In this document: piece by piece, positions 63,150 to 64,000 of the stretch | Layout of the letters: every line of letters starts with the position of its first letter | How positions within the stretch are numbered: position 1 is the first letter of the stretch | DNA from: Dehalococcoidia bacterium | GTDB lineage: Bacteria > Chloroflexota > Dehalococcoidia > Lucifugimonadales > Lucifugimonadaceae | Length of the DNA stretch: 64,000 bases | NCBI GenBank assembly: GCA_965242765.1 | Contig: CBDESY010000003.1 | Location: forward strand, 4,578-68,577 | Reading direction: 5' to 3' | Notes under the pieces: model-generated | The model's database searches: none | What the model was told of the DNA's origin: nothing | The model's input: only the letters and a program-made list of their open reading frames with translations | Program-made: the position numbers and the translations under genes

Positions 63150-63323
63150 TATCGTCTAACTCCCATGACCATGCCGCCAAGAGCTTTGTCGCTACATCGC
63201 AAATGATATCTCAAGTCTAGATAAACAACCGGCGGAGTTTCGGAAGTCCCTACTACCACGCGCACAATGTTTTCGGACTCACGAATGACTTTCAAACATC
63301 CCTGGCAACGCATAGCCGCTACC

Positions 63324-63563
63324 TCAATCCCGTATCCACAATCTCCACGCCGCTATAGCCAGAGCCACGGCTATCGTGCAGAGCAACGCCGTCCATATAG
63401 GCACGATGCCGGCCATCGTTAATCCCCAACATACTCCGAAACCTGCAAGCAACGCTAGATTGGCTTGCCTAGTAACAACCAAGGTAAGAAATACCGATAG
63501 GATTATCGATATTCCCACGATGGTCGCCGCGCCGCCAGGTGCATTGTCCCAAAACTCAAACAT
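63324..63563 (-). CDS. small multi-TM membrane protein
   Basis: 79 aa, almost entirely hydrophobic. Confidence 0.5.
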   Translation of the reverse strand: MFEFWDNAPGGAATIVGISIILSVFLTLVVTRQANLALLAGFGVCWGLTMAGIVPIWTALLCTIAVALAIAAWRLWIRD

Positions 63564-63615
63564 GGATAGATTTTGCTTTCAGATCAACAAAGTAGTCCGA
63601 AACTACTGTGTGTAT

Positions 63616-63999
63616 CTATTCATCTTCTTCCAACAACTTCGCATATCGTTTCGTCTGCGACGCGAGTTCCTCTGCCAACTTCTTCATAAGCGGATGAAAA
63701 GCTTTGGCAGATATCTCGAAGTCTTCGTCATTCTTCATCGTCATCAACCATTCACGCGCTTGATCTCTAGCCTTCCTATCCTTTGGATCGATGTCGGCGA
63801 TTTCTATTTCATCAAGACGCAACATCAGGCTTGCCAACTGCGCGCTATTGCGGTCATCGATTGATTCATCGACGCATTCACGCGCGTAATCTCGGTAAAT
63901 GCGATAAGCGCGCGTTGCTCTTTCACGCGTCTTGGGCATCCGAACGTTCACTTGCATAGCGCGTTCCATCATCGCATCAGCTGCGTCCCAAGCTTGCAT
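63616..63999 (-). CDS. hypothetical protein (start at or beyond the window edge)
   Basis: 127-aa charged helical ORF. The frame is open up to the window end. Confidence 0.45.
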   Translation of the reverse strand: MQAWDAADAMMERAMQVNVRMPKTRERATRAYRIYRDYARECVDESIDDRNSAQLASLMLRLDEIEIADIDPKDRKARDQAREWLMTMKNDEDFEISAKAFHPLMKKLAEELASQTKRYAKLLEEDE

Positions 64000-64000
64000 T

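Larger units (their letters stand above)
1..64000. mobile_element. internal segment of a large virus-/plasmid-like mobile genetic element (ends not in window)
   Basis: Plasmid-type Replicase plus iteron-like array, 5 DNA methyltransferases without visible restriction partners, HNH and VRR-NUC nucleases, polyvalent-type giant ORFs and many tiny Cys-rich ORFs. No housekeeping genes, rRNA or tRNA. No integrase or att site seen. Confidence 0.6.

Noticed and set aside
1-64000. tRNA/rRNA genes, integrase, att sites, transposases and toxin-antitoxin pairs
   Set aside because: I inspected all intergenic gaps longer than 60 bp (12376-12600, 18148-18441, 37805-38142, 41061-41310, 42499-42653, 43949-44525, 48831-49017, 50452-50707, 56924-57082, 62253-62696, 63150-63323). 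I saw no cloverleaf-compatible sequence. No ORF has recombinase or transposase motifs recognisable by eye. This is absence of evidence only, so tRNAscan and HMM searches should confirm it.

Overview
This window is gene-dense, with about 70 credible CDS. I found no rRNA, tRNA, CRISPR array, integrase or housekeeping genes. It looks like an internal segment of a large virus- or plasmid-like mobile element of a prokaryote.

Host signals lean bacterial:
- AAGGAGG-type Shine-Dalgarno sites.
- Hairpin plus T-tract terminators.
- Lipoboxes.
- A ColE2/pAL5000-type Replicase.
An archaeal host cannot be excluded from sequence alone.

Strand blocks: minus 141-37804; mostly plus 38143-48830; minus 49018-59889; plus 59954-62930; minus 62937 to the end.

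Main contents:
1. Two giant ORFs of 3362 and 3121 aa. The first has SprT/zincin-like and ParB-like motifs, the 'polyvalent protein' style. Each giant is followed by a translationally coupled small membrane protein, and both end in a similar basic tail.
2. Two tandem paralogous proteins of about 1600 aa, rich in Fn3 repeats, with a signal peptide and a nearly identical three-helix C-terminal membrane anchor.
3. A Zot/pI-like P-loop ATPase.
4. Five apparently orphan DNA methyltransferases. Two carry slippage-prone simple repeats in their coding sequence: (AG)12 and G8.
5. Many tiny Cys-rich, zinc-ribbon-like ORFs.
6. A replication module: an RHH plus DnaA-domain-I-like protein, a degenerate AEP-like protein, a Replicase with a C-terminal HTH, a VRR-NUC nuclease, and a 58-bp x 6.5 iteron-like array.
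7. The most unusual feature: a tandem array of 11 intact copies plus 1 decayed copy of a two-helix 'hairpin' membrane protein. There are four subfamilies with conserved transmembrane ends and hypervariable, Cys-pair ectodomains. A lipoprotein trypsin-like protease is embedded in the array. The array shows recombination scars: a fused remnant, a 720-bp duplication and a 45-nt inverted in-frame insertion.
8. An HNH endonuclease next to a G/T-rich degenerate repeat field.

No capsid, portal, terminase, tail or T4SS gene is recognisable by eye. All functional calls rest on motifs read by eye and recalled family signatures. No database search was run.
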